Notes under the pieces: generated by a model
Database searches by the model: none
What the model was told of the DNA's origin: nothing
What the model saw: the letters and a program-made list of their open reading frames with translations, nothing else
Program-made: the position numbers and the translations under genes
Shown: piece after piece, positions 1 through 13,900 of the stretch
How positions within the stretch are numbered: the stretch's first letter is position 1
Layout of the letters: each line of letters begins with the position of its first letter
NCBI GenBank assembly: GCA_965112735.1
Contig: OZ218954.1
Coordinates: 62,001-126,000 of the forward strand
From: Phaeosaccion multiseriatum
Taxonomy: Eukaryota; Protista; Ochrophyta, other classes
Reading direction: 5' to 3'
Length of the DNA: 64,000 bases

Positions 1-454
1 CCCCATTCACACGCCGCGCCGCTCTTTCAGCCGCGCGTCTCGAGGCTGCCCCGAGGATCGAGGAGCGTTGGAGGGAAGGAGGGACACGCATGCAGCATGC
101 ACATGCACATGCATACATCATCTTCGCTTGCTTGTGCCTCTGCCCCTCGCCTCTCTTGCCTTGCTCTTGGGGAGGAGAAAGGGTTCTGAGCGTTGTGCCT
201 CGCTCGGGGTCAAAGTCGGACGCCCCTCTCTGGTGTCTGTGTCTGTCTCCACCTCTGTCGCTGTACCTCGCTGTCCCCCCCTGGCTCATGCAGCGCCATG
301 AAGTCCTGCTACATCACCAACTCCTCACGACCGCAATGCAATGCAATGCAATACAATGCTGCCCGCCACCCATGCGATGAATGCTCTCTGTTGTAGTGTG
401 TCTCAAGCGACAGGCAGATGGCAGCACAAGGCCGATGGCACCATAAGGTCCCCC

Positions 455-2310
455 TCAGAGCGTGTCCAGTGGCACGTAACGCACGGCGAGCATGAGCCAC
501 ACCGCCACCACCCCCTCGGGGTATGCGAACACACGCACCCGCAGCGCGAAGCGGGCGTCGTCGCCAACCGTAGCCAAAATGTCCCGACTCACCACATTGC
601 GCAGCAGCACGAGCAGCATATCCGCGGGAGAGGTTTGCGCACACGCGCTATTGAAGCACGTGGGGAAGCCTTTGAAGCACGAGTGGGAGGGCACCGCCCT
701 GCGGATCGCGTCCTGAAACTCAAACTGCTGCCCGAATTGCCCCCCCTGGGGTGTGCCATAAATGCGCTCCTGCTCATAGGCCGCGAGGGCGGGGCTGAGG
801 AGGTATGAGAGCTCCTCGTCCCACACGGTGCTCAAGCTCAGCGGGGGGTCCTGACACCCTCCACTTTGCCCCTGCCCCTGCCCCTGCCCCTCTGCTCGGG
901 CGGTGCGAATGAGTCTCTTGAGCTCTGCCTCCAGAGCTGCGGCGGCGCCCCTCTCGTCCACCCGGGGGGGCAGCAGAGCCATCAAGAAGCCTGAAGGGGA
1001 GTCGGAAACCCCCTCCTCCCGGGCGCCAAAGGGGAACATGCCCCCCTGGGTAGGACTAGACCCCGGGGGGGTGAGGCCGCGTATTCGGGTCTCGTCCATG
1101 GCCTTCCACAGCTTGGGGTTCCGCAGAGACCCAAAGTGCTACAGGAGGAGGAGGAGGAGGTGGGGAGAGAGAGAGGGTGGGAGGGACAGAGAGAGAGCGG
1201 GGGGGGTAACAAATCAGCGCAGACAGAGGGGGACCTCAGTACTCGACAGTACCCTGACCTTGCGCCATCCACTGCCATCAATCCACCCCTCCATGCGACC
1301 CTCAAGTGCCGGCCTTCCGAAAGTTACGTATGTTACGTACGCACCAGGTTGGGCACTCGATGGTCCCTCTGCTTGGTCGCATAGAAGCTCTCGTGATTGA
1401 ACACGACACACAGCGTCAGGAACGGGTACCCGGGGGGGCAGCGCAGCACCCGCAAGTTGGCTCTCTTCTTGCGGGCCATCTGTGAGTGTCCGCCCTGCCC
1501 ATATGCCTCCTCCTCTTCTTCTTCCTCCTCCTCGTGCTGGTGCCGCTGCTGCTGCTGGTGGTGGTGCTGCTGCTTCTTCTTACTCGTTGCTGCTCCACCT
1601 TTCATGTGCACTTCCCCTGGGTTGGCGGGTCGTGTGTACCTCAGGCCGGTGACTGCGTCCCACAGGGTAACGCTCTTGGGTGTTCCAGGGTGCCCACTTC
1701 CCGAGAGAGTGGCTACCCACGCGTAGGGTTGAGTAGCCTCCTCCTCCTTGCCCCCCGCCCCCCCGGCTTGCTTCGCTCCTCTCCGTCTGCTGCCACCCCC
1801 TCCCCCGCTGGTTGGGGTGCTTGTTGGGTGCTCTTGGGGGGCGCTGCCCAAACACACGTACGTGTCCAGCCCAAAGCCAAGCAGCAAGGAGGCAAGTAGC
1901 AGGGCGTGGTCCTGAGGGGGGAGGAGAGATGGCAGTGGATGGAAGGGGAGGGGAGAGAAGAGGGTGTCAGGACAAGCCTTACAAGTGAAGTGAAAGGTGG
2001 GGGGGCGCTCTCCCTTACCCTTCGCTGCCAAACGCCACCATCCACTGCCATCTCTGTGTTTCCCTCTTGTCCCTTCGCTCTGCCCCTCTTGCTTGTCTCT
2101 ATTCTCTCCCACTCTCTTGTCCCTCTTTCTCCGTCAATCCCCGCTTCTCTCTCACGCTCTCTCGCTTGTCTCTATTCTCTCCCACTCCCGCTCTCTCCGT
2201 CTGTCTCTTGTCACTCTCACCCTCGCGCTTCCTTTCCACTCTCCCCTCCTCTTGTCCCTCTCCTCTGCTCTCTCCGTCGCTCTCTCTGTCTCTGTCTCTC
2301 TGTCTCCTAC

Positions 2311-2346
<36 letters not shown>

Positions 2347-5300
2347 GTTTCCTGCCCTTTTCTCTCTCTCTCTGTCTGTCTGTCTCCTACCCTTCTCTCG
2401 CTTTGTGTCACCTGTGAGTCTCCCCTGCCTCTGCACAGGAAGGAGTGCGGGTGTTGCCACTCCTCCGAAAGCCGCTTGCCGCCCACCTGTGATCATTGAT
2501 GAATCACCAACACGTAGTCAACAAGTTAGGAAGGCAGTAAAGAAAGGCAGGCCGTAGTTCACCCTAACCCTAAAACAGCCCAACCTGAGACTCTCCCTCT
2601 CCCTTTGACAGACCTGGACCCTTCTCTGGAAGGGGATGAGGCTGACGAAGCGCGCGGCGTGGAGGGGCGAGTCAAAGAGCCGCCCACAGCGGAGGGGGCG
2701 GAGGAAGGTGCACACAGACCTGTGGCCGTACGTTAGGGGGATGTCGTTGTGGCCATACGTTAGGGGGGGGGGGGGGGGGGTATGGATGTGTGAGACGAGG
2801 GGGGAATATCAGGGGTGAGTTCAACTTGACATATCCTGACGTCATCGCACGCACCTTGGAGGGCCCCCTATGCCGTCGGAGGCGAACATCTGCAAGGGGC
2901 GCTGACGGTGGAGGGGGCTCAGCTCAGCGAAGTGTGCCCACCAAGCCCGGCAGTAGGTATAGAACTCGCGATGAAGCAGCCGCTCCTGCAGGGTAAGGGG
3001 ACACACATTTCGGCATGAACAAAGCAAGTAAAGAGGAGGAGGTCAGAGTGGTTGGACGAGGGTAGGGTATAGGGTATATCAGGGTATAGGGTATATCTCT
3101 CCGTGTCTCCCCTCTCAGCCCACTCTCCTTCCCTGTCTCTTCTCTCACTGCCTCACTCTCTCTCACCTTTCTCACCGTTCATCCTATCCCTCTCACCCCC
3201 CCTCTGTCTCCCTCTCCTCATTCCCTCCCTCACTTTCATGCCCCTCTCACCCCTCCTCCCTCCCTCTCTCCTCTCACCCCCTTCTCCCTCCCTCCCTCCT
3301 TACCTGCTGCTGCTGCAAGTGCATGACTCTCTCCACGTCGTCGCCAGTGAATGGGATGGCCAATTTGGCGGGAGTGGCCACGATTTGGCACTGCACGTGG
3401 AGAAGCCCGAAAACGCCACCGAAACCCCCGGCTCCAAATCCGCCGAAATCGGGCCCGAAACTGCCACCGCCGTCGGAGACCGACCCGTGCCCGTCCTGGC
3501 CCTCCGCCTGCAGAGGTATCTGATGAGGATGGCAGTGGATGGGGGGGGGAGGGACGGAGAGAGTGAGAGGCCTTAAGGGACATACGCAGATGGGCAGAGA
3601 GAGGGAGAGAGAGAAAGTGCAGAGCCTACTCCGCCCCCGGCCCCTCTCACAGCGTTTGAGGTCTGGAAAGGAAGGCCCTGAAGGGAGTTTGTCCTATCCA
3701 CTGCCATCCCTGGCCTGTCCTGTCCACTGCCATCCCTGACCTGTCCTGTCCACTGCCATCCCTGGCCTGGCCTTTCCTGCCCTGTCACACTGTGCTCTGT
3801 GGATCCAGTCCGTGTGTGCCCTCCCTGCCATCCACTGCCATCCTCCAGACTCACTCACTTGTATCTGTTCGTCCCCCATGAGCCCCCTCCTCCAGTCAAG
3901 CTCCGCAGAGGCGAGCACCTCCCGAGGGGTGGAAAAGTCGTCCCCGGCGTACCCCCCGGGAAAACAGCCTGCCCCCCCGGGCCCCACCCCCGCTCTAACC
4001 CTCTGGCGAGTGAGGCAAATGTGAATTTTGTCCCTCCGCTGCAGCACATTGGCCCACTCCGCGGCACCACCGCCCCCCTCGGGGAGGGGGTCATCGCTCT
4101 CACTGAGCTTCAAGACGAAGGTTTCGCCGAAGCGGGGCTCCACGCACGCACGCACGGGAAGGTGCGACACACAGCGCTGCCCGTTAAAGTGCACGTGCAC
4201 CTTGCTCAGGAGAAGGATGGCAGTGGATAGGAGAGGGGTGAGGATGGCAGTGGATGGGAGAGGGGTGAGGATGGCAGTGGATGGGAGAGGGGTGAGGAGG
4301 GCAGTGGATGGGAGAGGGGTGAGGAGGGCAGTGGATGGGAGAGGGGTGAGGATGGCAGTGGATGGGAGAGGGGTGAGGATGGCAGTGGATGGGAGAGGGG
4401 TGAGGATGGCAGTGGATGGGAGAGGGGTGAGGAGGGCAGTGGATGGGAGAGGGGTGAGGAGGGCAGTGGATGGGAGAGGGGTGAGGATGGCAGTGGATGG
4501 GAGAGGGGTGAGGATGGCAGTGGATGGGAGAGGGGTGAGGATGGCAGTGGATGGGAGAGGGGTGAGGATGGCAGTGGATGGGAGAGGGGTGAGGAGGGCA
4601 GTGGATGGGAGAGGGGTGAGGATGGCAGTGGATGGGAGAGGGGTGAGGAGGGCAGTGGCAATGCAATGCACGATACACCTTGAGATCGAAGTTTTCCGCG
4701 CTTCTGTGAGAGTCCGCCAGTAAGGCAGTGAAGGCCGAGCCCTTGAGCACAGTCAGCTTCAGCAGCACTCTGCTTTTGGGGGCATTGCCTGGGACAGGGA
4801 CAGGGACAGGGACAGGGGGAGGGGGAGGAGAGGTGACAGGGACAGGGACAGGGGGAGGAGGGGTGACAGGGACAGGGGGAGGAGGGGTGACAGGGACAGG
4901 GACAGGGACAGGTTGCACTTCAGGTTGGTGGGTTGGTCGGTCAGGGACGGTGAGAGTTTCAGTGTAGGCTGGTTGGTTGGGTGGTTGGTTGGGTGGTTGG
5001 TTGGGTGGTTGGTTGGGTGGTTGGGTGGTTGGTCAGCTCAATGTCGTCAATTACAGGGTCCCGTGAGGGGGGAGAGAGGGGAAGGGTAAAAGGTGGAAGG
5101 CCTACAAAGCGTAAGGTTGGTTTGTCGGTTGGTTGGTTGGTTGGTTGGTTGGTTGATTGGAGTGGGGAGGGGAGGTTGCAACTCGTGTTGTTCCGTATGG
5201 TGATTGTGTGGTGGTGTGGTGATTGTGTGGTGGTGTGGTGGTGGTGTTTCCTGACCATTCAGGATCCACTGACCTTGACCCTGCCCCTGCCCCTGCGCCT

Positions 5301-6084
5301 CGCCCCCCCCCATGCTGCTGAGTGAGGTTGGGTCTGTGGCTTGTGTACTTGGGTATATGCCGAGGCGGTTCTCAAGCCCGCGAACGATCTCCTCCATGAC
5401 GAGGGAAGACTCCGCCTCAAAGCCCTCGCCACGCGCCTGTGGTTGATATTCGGGTGCGTGTTCGTCGTCCGTCGCGGCACATCACAGATGGACACAAGGA
5501 CACAAGTGAGACACACAGGGGAGACGCGTGGGACGTGCGTAATGTGTTTTGACACCCTCACCCCCTTCTTCCCTTCCGCCCCTAATGGGATGATATGTCA
5601 CTCACTCCGACTCTCCCATTCGTCCCCAACTTGACCACCCCTAAGTGCACATCGCTCACTTCCATACGCCTCTACGATGTCTCCGTCCCAAGGCCTCCGT
5701 ATGCCTGCCCCCAGCCCGAGTGACAGGTGTGGGGTACCACTCTCCCACACCGCACCGCTCGAGGGGATGAGTAGGTAGATACGGTCACGAACCTCCCTCA
5801 CGCACTACTCACTGGCCTACAAGCCGGTCACTGGCCTACAAACAACTCACCTCGCTGACGAACCCCCTGACTGCGTCTGTGATGGAGGCATACGTGCCCT
5901 GCCTTGAGAGCCGCTCCCCAATTGCTTGCGTCAGGGCCTCGAGCTTATCAGGGGCAAAGATGTCTCCCTCGCCGTGCTGCTGCCCCTGCCCCTGCCCCTG
6001 CCTTCTCTCTCTATCTGCCCATTCACTGCCCTCGTTCTGCCGCTGATGCTGCTGCTGCTCGGGTTTAGAGCTCAGCGTCGACAT
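455..6084 (-). CDS. CEP76: Centrosomal protein of 76 kDa (multi-exon; 5' start approximate)
   Basis: GT-AG exons give CEP76 motifs: LTQAIGERL (N-terminus), C2 domain (LLKLTVLKGSAF; VHVHFNGQR..VEPRFGETF), FYTYCRAWW, VCTFLRPLRCGRLFDSPLHAARFVSLIPF, W..PHSFL..GD|DHALLLASLLLGFGLDTYVCLG, LWDAVTGLRY, VFNHESFYA, and C-terminal WDEELSYLLSPALAAYE..FKGFP..FALRVRVFAYPE..VWLMLA*. Confidence 0.9.
4214..4660. repeat. 27-bp minisatellite (GGGAGAGGGGTGAGGATGGCAGTGGAT, ~16 copies) in a CEP76 intron
   Basis: Directly visible tandem repeat; produces the spurious periodic ORFs at 3694-4918. Confidence 0.95.
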
Positions 6085-6781
6085 GCTGGGCTGGAACCGG
6101 ACCTCTTCCTCCCTCACGAGGCTTCTTCCTTTTCTTCCCTCTTCTTCGTCTTCTCCCTTCTCCTCCTCCTCCTCCTCCTCCTCCTCCTCCTCCTCCTCCT
6201 CCCTCTTTTATTCCCGCCCCCCTTCTTCTGCTTCTTCGCGAGAAAGCCGATGACACCTAAGACTCAATGCCGGACTTGGCTCTTGTCATGGCTAGAGAGA
6301 GACGGACAGAGAGGGAAAGAGAGAGAGTGAGAGAGTGAGGGAGGCACACATACACACACGGAGAGAGAGCAAGAGATAATGTAGCAAGAGATAGAGAGAG
6401 AGGAGAGAGAGAGAGGAGAGAGAGGGCGACCAAGAAATACAGAGGGCGACCGAGAAAGAGAGAGCAAGAGTGAGAGGGGGGGCGGTGGGAGAGAGAAAGA
6501 AAGAGAGAGACACTCTACCACCGCTTTGCTCTTCTTGCTCCCTTCTTCCCTCTTCTTCCTTACCCTTCAAGTCCTGACCCTGCTGTAGGCGTCTTACTCC
6601 CACCCTCCTACTAATTCTTCTCCTTCTGACAAGGAAGGAGGTATCCTTGCTGAGCAGAGGAGGAGAGAGTGGAGTGAGCTCCAACGGAGTCCGAAGGGAT
6701 ACTCAACGACTTTTTTCAATTTCAGTTTTTTTTTCTTTTTTTTTTTTTTTACTTTTGCCCCCCCCCTTTCAATTCACAATC

Positions 6782-6921
6782 TCGACCCCTGACACACTAT
6801 CCGCTATCCGCTATCGCCGGCGCCAGCCGGCGCGCTATCCGCTATCGGCAGCGTCAGCCGGCTTTGCTGGCGCCAGCCGGCACGCTATCGAGAATGTGGG
6901 CGATAGTGTGTCAGGGGTCGA
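6782..6921. mobile_element. 140-bp MITE with 20-bp TIRs and 6-bp TSD
   Basis: TCGACCCCTGACACACTATC (6782-6801) and its exact reverse complement (6902-6921), flanked by ACAATC on both sides (6776-6781, 6922-6927); internal GCCAGCCGGC and CGCTATC repeats. Confidence 0.85.
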
Positions 6922-7225
6922 ACAATCACTACTTGCGTTGATTGACCCTCTGGGCTTGGCGATACCCAAAAGCTCCAGGGCGTCTCAGCGGTCTAAGACT
7001 GGAGCAAGCAGGCAGCACGAGCAGCACGAGCAGCACGAGCAGCGCCAGCAGCGCCAGCAGCGCCAGCAGCGCACAATCGCCAGAGAGGGAGCCGCGCCTG
7101 CCTGCCGCCCGCGTCCCACACGCCTTACGCATGCCTCCCATAGGCCTCCCGTATGCCTCCCACATGCCTCACGCATGCCTCCCATAGGCCTTCCGTATGC
7201 CTCTGAACGACTCTGAATGCCCTCC

Positions 7226-8218
7226 TCAGAAGAGCATGGACGCGATCCCCCCCCCTGCTGCTGCGGTGAGCACAGCGGAGATGAGGTTCACGGACTCGTT
7301 ACTCAGCACGTCCCAGCCCGAGATGAGCACTGCATCTCCATGCCCATGTGCCTGTCCATTGCCCCTCGTGCTGCCATTGCCCCCGTAAGCCTCCAGCTTT
7401 CCTTGTGTGAGGACCCGCTTACGCTCCGGATTAAAGTACGTAGCCTGGACAGACAAGATTAGGCCACAAGGCGCAAATAGGGCAGAGGGGGGAAGAGGTA
7501 TATGGGCAAGAGATATAGCAGGTGTCTGGGCAAGTGATAGAGCAGGAGGTGAAGGGCCGTGCAGAGATGGTGGTCTTGCCATCCTCCGACCAGATGCATC
7601 AGGGCACTTTCTTGCACTAAGAACTAGCGTACTAACCTGCAGAGTGGCTCCTAACAGACTGTCCAGGAAGGAGCCGAAGAGGCCAGAGAAAGTGCCCAGA
7701 AGCAGCAGGGGCAGCTGGGAAGGGGGAGGGGCTGAATCAACAACAGCTGCGGCTGCGGAGCTGCCATCCGACGGCGGGGAGAGGAGTAAGCCCATCACGT
7801 AGAAGCCTTGAGAGCGAAGCGAGAGAGAGAGGGAGGTAAGAGGGAGAGAGAGAGAGAGAGAGGGGGCGGGAGAAAGAAGATAGAAACACGCACAATACAC
7901 ACACACTTTCACACACACACGCACACACACCAAGAGACTGCTAAGCTGCACCTTCGCTGTTGGTGTACTGCGTGCGTGTTTGTTAATTTGTGTGTTTGTG
8001 GTTGCGTTTTTGTGTGTTGATCTCCCTTTTGAATCACATCAGACGTGCACCAAGTCAGTAAGGACTCTTATGATTCCTCATGACGAGTTATGTAAGCATA
8101 TGTAAGACTCACATGTGCCCATGCACAGTCCTCCAGCGGCTGCGGCGGCCGTCCCCAAGGGAGATACGCCACCGTTTGTGCCTAATGAGGGAGGAACGGA
8201 GGAGAAGGAGTAGGAGAG

Positions 8219-8265
<47 letters not shown>

Positions 8266-9932
8266 GAGAGAGGGAGAGGGAGAGAGAGAGAGGGAGAGGG
8301 AGAGGGAGAGGGAGAGGGAGAGGGAGAGGGAGAGGGACGGAGAGAAAAGATGTAGAGAGATGGAGGGGGGGGAGAGAGGGCGCGCACGAGAGCCGGGAGA
8401 GAGAAGGGGGAGAGAAAGGCAGAGAGAGAGGGGAAGGTAAGAGAAACTCAAGATCACCTTCCCCTCTCTCTCTATCCATCTCTACCCCCCCCCTCTCTCT
8501 AAAGAAGCATATGGGACGCACCCCTCGGGACGCGGCCGCCGAAAGGTTTGGTGATCAAGATTGGGTCCCCGCGGCTGAGAATGCCCAATTCGGAGCTCCA
8601 CGTGTCGCCACAGCAGCAGCCGAAGAAGCAGAGGTAGGCCGCCAGTAGCGAGGCTCCCCAGGGGTGGAGGGTAGCATCCAGGGGGGCATCAGGGAGGCCC
8701 AGGCCTAGGCAATACGCTAGGGCCAGCAGGCAGGCGGGGAGGCTACAGGCCAAGACCTGCGTCGAGGGAGGGAGGGAGGGACGAGCAAGGGAGGGAGATG
8801 GTCACGTAACGGTACATGAGAGCCAATGGTGCCTACGAAATCAATGGTCACTGCCACTGCCACTACCACTCACTGTCATGACACTGACACCGACCTGTGT
8901 GGCCCCTCTCTGTGCGTCTCCCTTCCCACGGATACGGCAACACCGCAGCAACACAAGTGCAGAAGCGTGTGCGTGTGTAGGGGGGGGGAGGGGAGGGGAG
9001 GCCAGAGAAAAGAGGGGCGCAAGATAAGAGACAGAGAAGGAAACAGGGACGACAGACGCTCCATCGTAGAGACAAGAATAAGCCAATGCCGGGATCGATA
9101 ACCATATCATCGAGACTCATCAAGTCGTCAACAAACGGATTCACCTCCGAGCCGCTGGCGCCGCTGCCTGCTGTATCACCAACTGGTTGGTCCGCCGACT
9201 CTGTGAAGCGGCTCTTGTGGTCCGCTCTGAAGTGCGTGAGCAGGGATGACGTTTTGTAGAAGAGGAGGAGAGTGGCACCGAGGCGATACGAGCACGCCAG
9301 AGATGTACTGCCCACCTGAGATGGCAGTGGATAGGGGATGGTAGTGGGTGTACAGAGTTAGCGGACGCACCACAGACCCAAAATGTGTGAATGTAGTCGC
9401 TCGAATATCTCTCCCCCCCCCCCCGCTGTCTTATGTCTCTCCCTTTCTTGCGACTCCTATCCGTCCGTTCTCAGACCCTGTCTGACACCTTGTCCTGACA
9501 CCTCGGCCCCCATCCCCTCCCTTCCGCTCAGCCCCCCTTCCTTCACTCCCTCCCTCTCACCCGACCGCTTCATCCCCCCTTCTCTCCCTCTCCCTCACTC
9601 GCCTTTCCCCCCCTCTCCGTCCCTTTCCGTCCCTCTGACCTGACACCTCACTCCCCCTTCCCTCCCTCCCTATATGCCTCCATCCCACTCCCTTCCTCCC
9701 TATATGCCTCCATCCACCCTCTCCTGTATGTCTCCCTTGGACAGAGACGCTAAGCTGAGAAACTGCAACTCGGCACTCACCAAGACCGCCGCCACAGCTC
9801 CTCCCCTGGATAGAGAGCCCTTCTTCAGGCCCGAGCCAGCCATGTAAGCCGCCAAGATCACGGCCAGGCACACCCGACCAGCAAATGACGAGCGCGACTC
9901 ACCAACTGCTGCTGCATCACCCGCTGCTGCTC

Positions 9933-9972
<40 letters not shown>

Positions 9973-10044
9973 TGTGGCTGCTACTGAGGCCACCACCTGA
10001 GCGAGGTATGTCCGAATGACACGCGCTTTCGCCTCGACGGCCAT
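7226..10044 (-). CDS. TMEM19: Transmembrane protein 19 / DUF92 family (multi-exon)
   Basis: Exons encode KKGSLSRGGAVAA, LLLFYKTSSLLT, QR..Q|VLA, CCGDTWSSELG..P.LIT, G|TNGGVSPLGT, GSFLDSLLGATLQ|ATYF, ISGWDVLSNESVNL, all DUF92 signatures. Confidence 0.9.
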
Positions 10045-10916
10045 CTCTGGATGTAGCCCAAGCTGCTGCTGCTGCTGCTCTGTTGCTGCTGCTCTGCCGC
10101 TAGTGCCTATTCCTTCAACCGTTCGAAACGAGCTGCTGTATCATCCACTACTCATCATAGCGACTGGCGGTGATACTGACGTGCTGATGCTGCTACTGCA
10201 AATCTCCCTCATCTCTGATTGTACTGCACTTTAAAGTGTGTTGTGTGATCGCCCCCTTAAGTGTGCATGTGTCCTAAGAAGGGGATAGGTTCATGAAGAC
10301 GTAATGGGAGAAGGTACCTCTCTTCCTGCTATCCCCTGCTGCCTAAAGGGTTGGAATACGTATGATCACAGATGGCGGAGGCAACCGTGAATCTTGAATC
10401 TCTCTTTTGAAGAGGCCCTTTTACCACAGACAAGCAAGACAAAGCAAAGGCGGGCCTCTTTCATATCACGGCTGGTCCCTCTTCTTGAGGTTGATCAATT
10501 GCGACATCGGAAGCAGAGAGAGAGAGATAGAGAGAGAGAGGCAGAGAGAGAGGAGACAATTGCCACAGGTCTTAAAGCATCTAAGAAGGAGCAACCGCAG
10601 CGGCAGTGAAGGCCCTCGGAGGAGCTGCGCTGGAGCTTCAAATACAGGACCTTGTGGTACAGCAGTGAAGCTAGGCTAGGGCGATTCGAAGGAAAAAGGA
10701 GGAGGGGGGATTATTGAGGAGGAGGAAGAGGGGAGGGAAAAGGGTATGGGTAGAGCAGACTCCGTGGAATGGAGAACAGAGCAGGGGAGGCACGGAGACT
10801 AAACAAACAACCGGGCATCGTTTTGGTGGGGGAAGGGTCCGCACCGCTCCAGGTGCTCGCTCAATCAGGGAGCAAGGGAGGAGCAGGAAGGGTTTCCAAG
10901 TCGAGGGGGGTTGGGG

Positions 10917-13900
10917 ATGGGGTGCTCTTGCAGCAAGGCCCATAGCGCAGCAGCAGCGGCAGGACGAGGAGGAGGAGGAGGAGCACCACGGGGGGTCGGA
11001 CCCCGAGGGGGGGGTGGCAATGGCAAGATTCGGATCAGGGACAACAAGGCGGGCAAGCAGGTCAGCGGGCACAGCGACCTGCGGACAGGCCTCGTGCATG
11101 TTCAGCAAAAGGACATCATGGAGAAGTTCGAAGTGCTGGAGGTGCTCGGCGTGGGCAGGTGAGTGAGTGAGGGAGGGAGTGCCTCTGTGTAGTGAGGAAG
11201 TGCCTTGGTGAAGTGGGTAGTCAGTGTCGTTTCCATACGAGGGGGTAGTGAGGGAGTCAGTGTGGGGATGACTGGGGCCGAGTCAGTGTGCGTGCGTGCG
11301 TGCATGCGTGCGTGGGAGGTGCTCAAAGCGTGTCGCAGAAGCCTCTGCTCAACCCTGCTGCTGCTTCCGTGTGTGCGTGTGCGTGTCTTATGTCTGTGTG
11401 GGCGTGCGTTCCCCCCTTGCCCCTTGCCCCTTCAGTATCGGGGAAGTCCGCGTAGTGCGGCGTCGAAGCACCCTCCCCGCCAACCCCAGCGACAACAACC
11501 TCAACCTCACGCACACACGGGACGTCCTGACGCGCGAGACGCCTTCCCCGCATCAGCACAAGCTCGAGGAAGGAAGATGTGGCCGTAGCAACAGCATGAG
11601 CAGCGTCAACAGCAACAGCAACAGCAACATCAACATCAACCTGTACAACAGCGGGACGGAATTCCCCGCCCTCTCCTCCTCGGAGAAATCGGTGCCGGCG
11701 GCGGTGGTTTCTGCTGCGAGAGGTGAAACTCCCTCTCTCTCCTGACACTTTCTCCCTTACTCTCTCCCTCTGTCCTGACACTCTCTCCCTCTGTCCTGAC
11801 ACTCTCTCCCTCTATCCTGAGGCCCCCTCTCTGTCCGTCCTAAGGCTCCCTCTCTGTCCTGATGCCCTCTCTCCCCCTCTGTCCTGACACCCCGCTCTCT
11901 CCGTGTCTGTCCTGACACCCTTTCCCCCCCAGGGGCAGTGCCGACACCTCCGCGGAGGACGTACGCCATGAAGACCGTCCACGTCACGAGAATGAACTCG
12001 GAGATGGTGTGTTTGTCGCCTTGCTGACTCTCTAATATACTGACTTACTGACTTACTTACAACAGGGGGGTGGTGTAGCTCTTAGATAGCAGTAAGGGAC
12101 TTACTCTGCCTCACTCACTGGCTTATGTACGCCAGGTGTCGGAGTTCGAGAACGAAGTGAACATCCTCAAGACCCTGCACCACCCGAACATTATCCGCCT
12201 CAGGGAGGTACGTAAGCTTACGCACTGTTTCGTGTTTTCCCTCCTTCCCTTAATGAATAAATGAGTGAGCGAGTGAGTGAGTGAGTGGGTGAGTGAGTGA
12301 GTGGGTGAGTGAGTGCGTGAAGGAGTGAGTGAGTGAGTGAGTGCGTGAGTGGATGAGTGAGTAGGTGAGTGAGTGAGATAGTGAGTAAGTGAGTGAGTGA
12401 GTGGGTGGGTGAGTGAGTAAGTTAGTGAGTGAGTGAGTGAATGAGTGAGTGAGTGAGTGAGTGAGGGAGTGAGTGAGTGGGTGTGTGTGTGCGTGAGTGA
12501 GTGAGTGAATGATTGAGTGAGTGAGTGAATGAGTGAGTGAGTGAGTGAGTGAGTGAGGGAGGGAGTGAGTGTGTGTGTGTGTGCGTGAGTGAGTGAGTGA
12601 TTGATTGACTGAGTGTGAGTGAGTGTGTGCTACAAGTGTTACGCATAGAAAGAAGCGCAGCCAAAGCCAAGTAGCCACACTACCAGCCAATCATCCAACC
12701 ACTCACCCCCCTCTGCGAAGGTGTATTATCACGACAAGAAGATCTTCCTGCTGATGGACCACTGCACGGGGGGGCAGCTCAACGACAATGTGTTCGACGA
12801 GGAGGAGACCTGCGAGGTGTGTTACACAGGGTGTCAGGACAGAGGGAGAGAGAGAGAGTCAGGACGGAGGGTGTCAGGACAGAGCGAGAGAGAGTCACAA
12901 CAGAGGGCGTCAGGACAGAGGGAGAGAGAGTCAGGACAGAGCGAGAGAGAGAGCCAGGACAGAGGTTGTCAGGACAGAGGGAGAGAGAGGGTGTCACGAG
13001 GGAGAAGGCGTGTCAGGACAGAGGGGTGAGGGGTGTCATAACAGAGGGGTGAGGGGTGTCAGGACAGAGGGGTGAGGGGTGTCAGGACAGAGGGGTGAGG
13101 GGTGTGAGGACAGAGGGGTGAGGGGTGTCAGGACAGAGGGGTGAGGGGTGTCAGGACAGAGGGGTGAGGGGTGTCAGGACAGAGGGGTGAGGGGTGTCAG
13201 GACAGAGGGCGTGAGGGGTGTCAGGACAGAGGGGTGAGGGGTGTCAGGACAGAGGGGTGAGGGGTGTCAGGACAGAGGGGTGAGGGGTGTGAGGACAGAG
13301 GGGTGAGGGGTGTGAGGACAGAGGTATGAGGGGTGTCAGGACAGAGGTATGAGGGGTGTCAGGACAGAGGGGTGAGGGGTGTCAGGACAGAGGGCGTGAG
13401 GGGTGTCAGGACAGAGGGGTGAGGGGTGTCAGGACAGAGGGCGTGAGGGGTGTCAGGACAGAGGGGTGAGGGGTGTCAGGACAGAGGGGTGAGGGGTGTC
13501 AGGACAGAGGGGTGAGGGGTGTCAGGACAGAGGGGTGAGGGGTGTCAGGACAGAGGGCGTGAGGGGTGTCAGGACAGAGGGGTGAGGGGTGTCAGGACAG
13601 AGGGGTGAGGGGTGTGAGGACAGAGGGGTGAGGGGTGTCAGGACAGGGGGGTGAGGGTTGTCAGGACAGAGGGGTGAGGGGTGTCAGGACAGAGGGGTGA
13701 GGGGTGTCAGGACAGAGGGGTGAGGGGTGTCAGGACAGAGGGGTGAGGGGTGTCAGGACAGAGGGGTGAGGGGTGTGAGGACAGAGGGGTGAGGGGTGTC
13801 AGGACAGAGGGGTGAGGGGTGTCAGGACAGAGGGGTGAGGGGTGTGAGGACAGAGGGGTGAGGGGTGTGAGGACAGAGGGGTGAGGGGTGTCAGGACAGA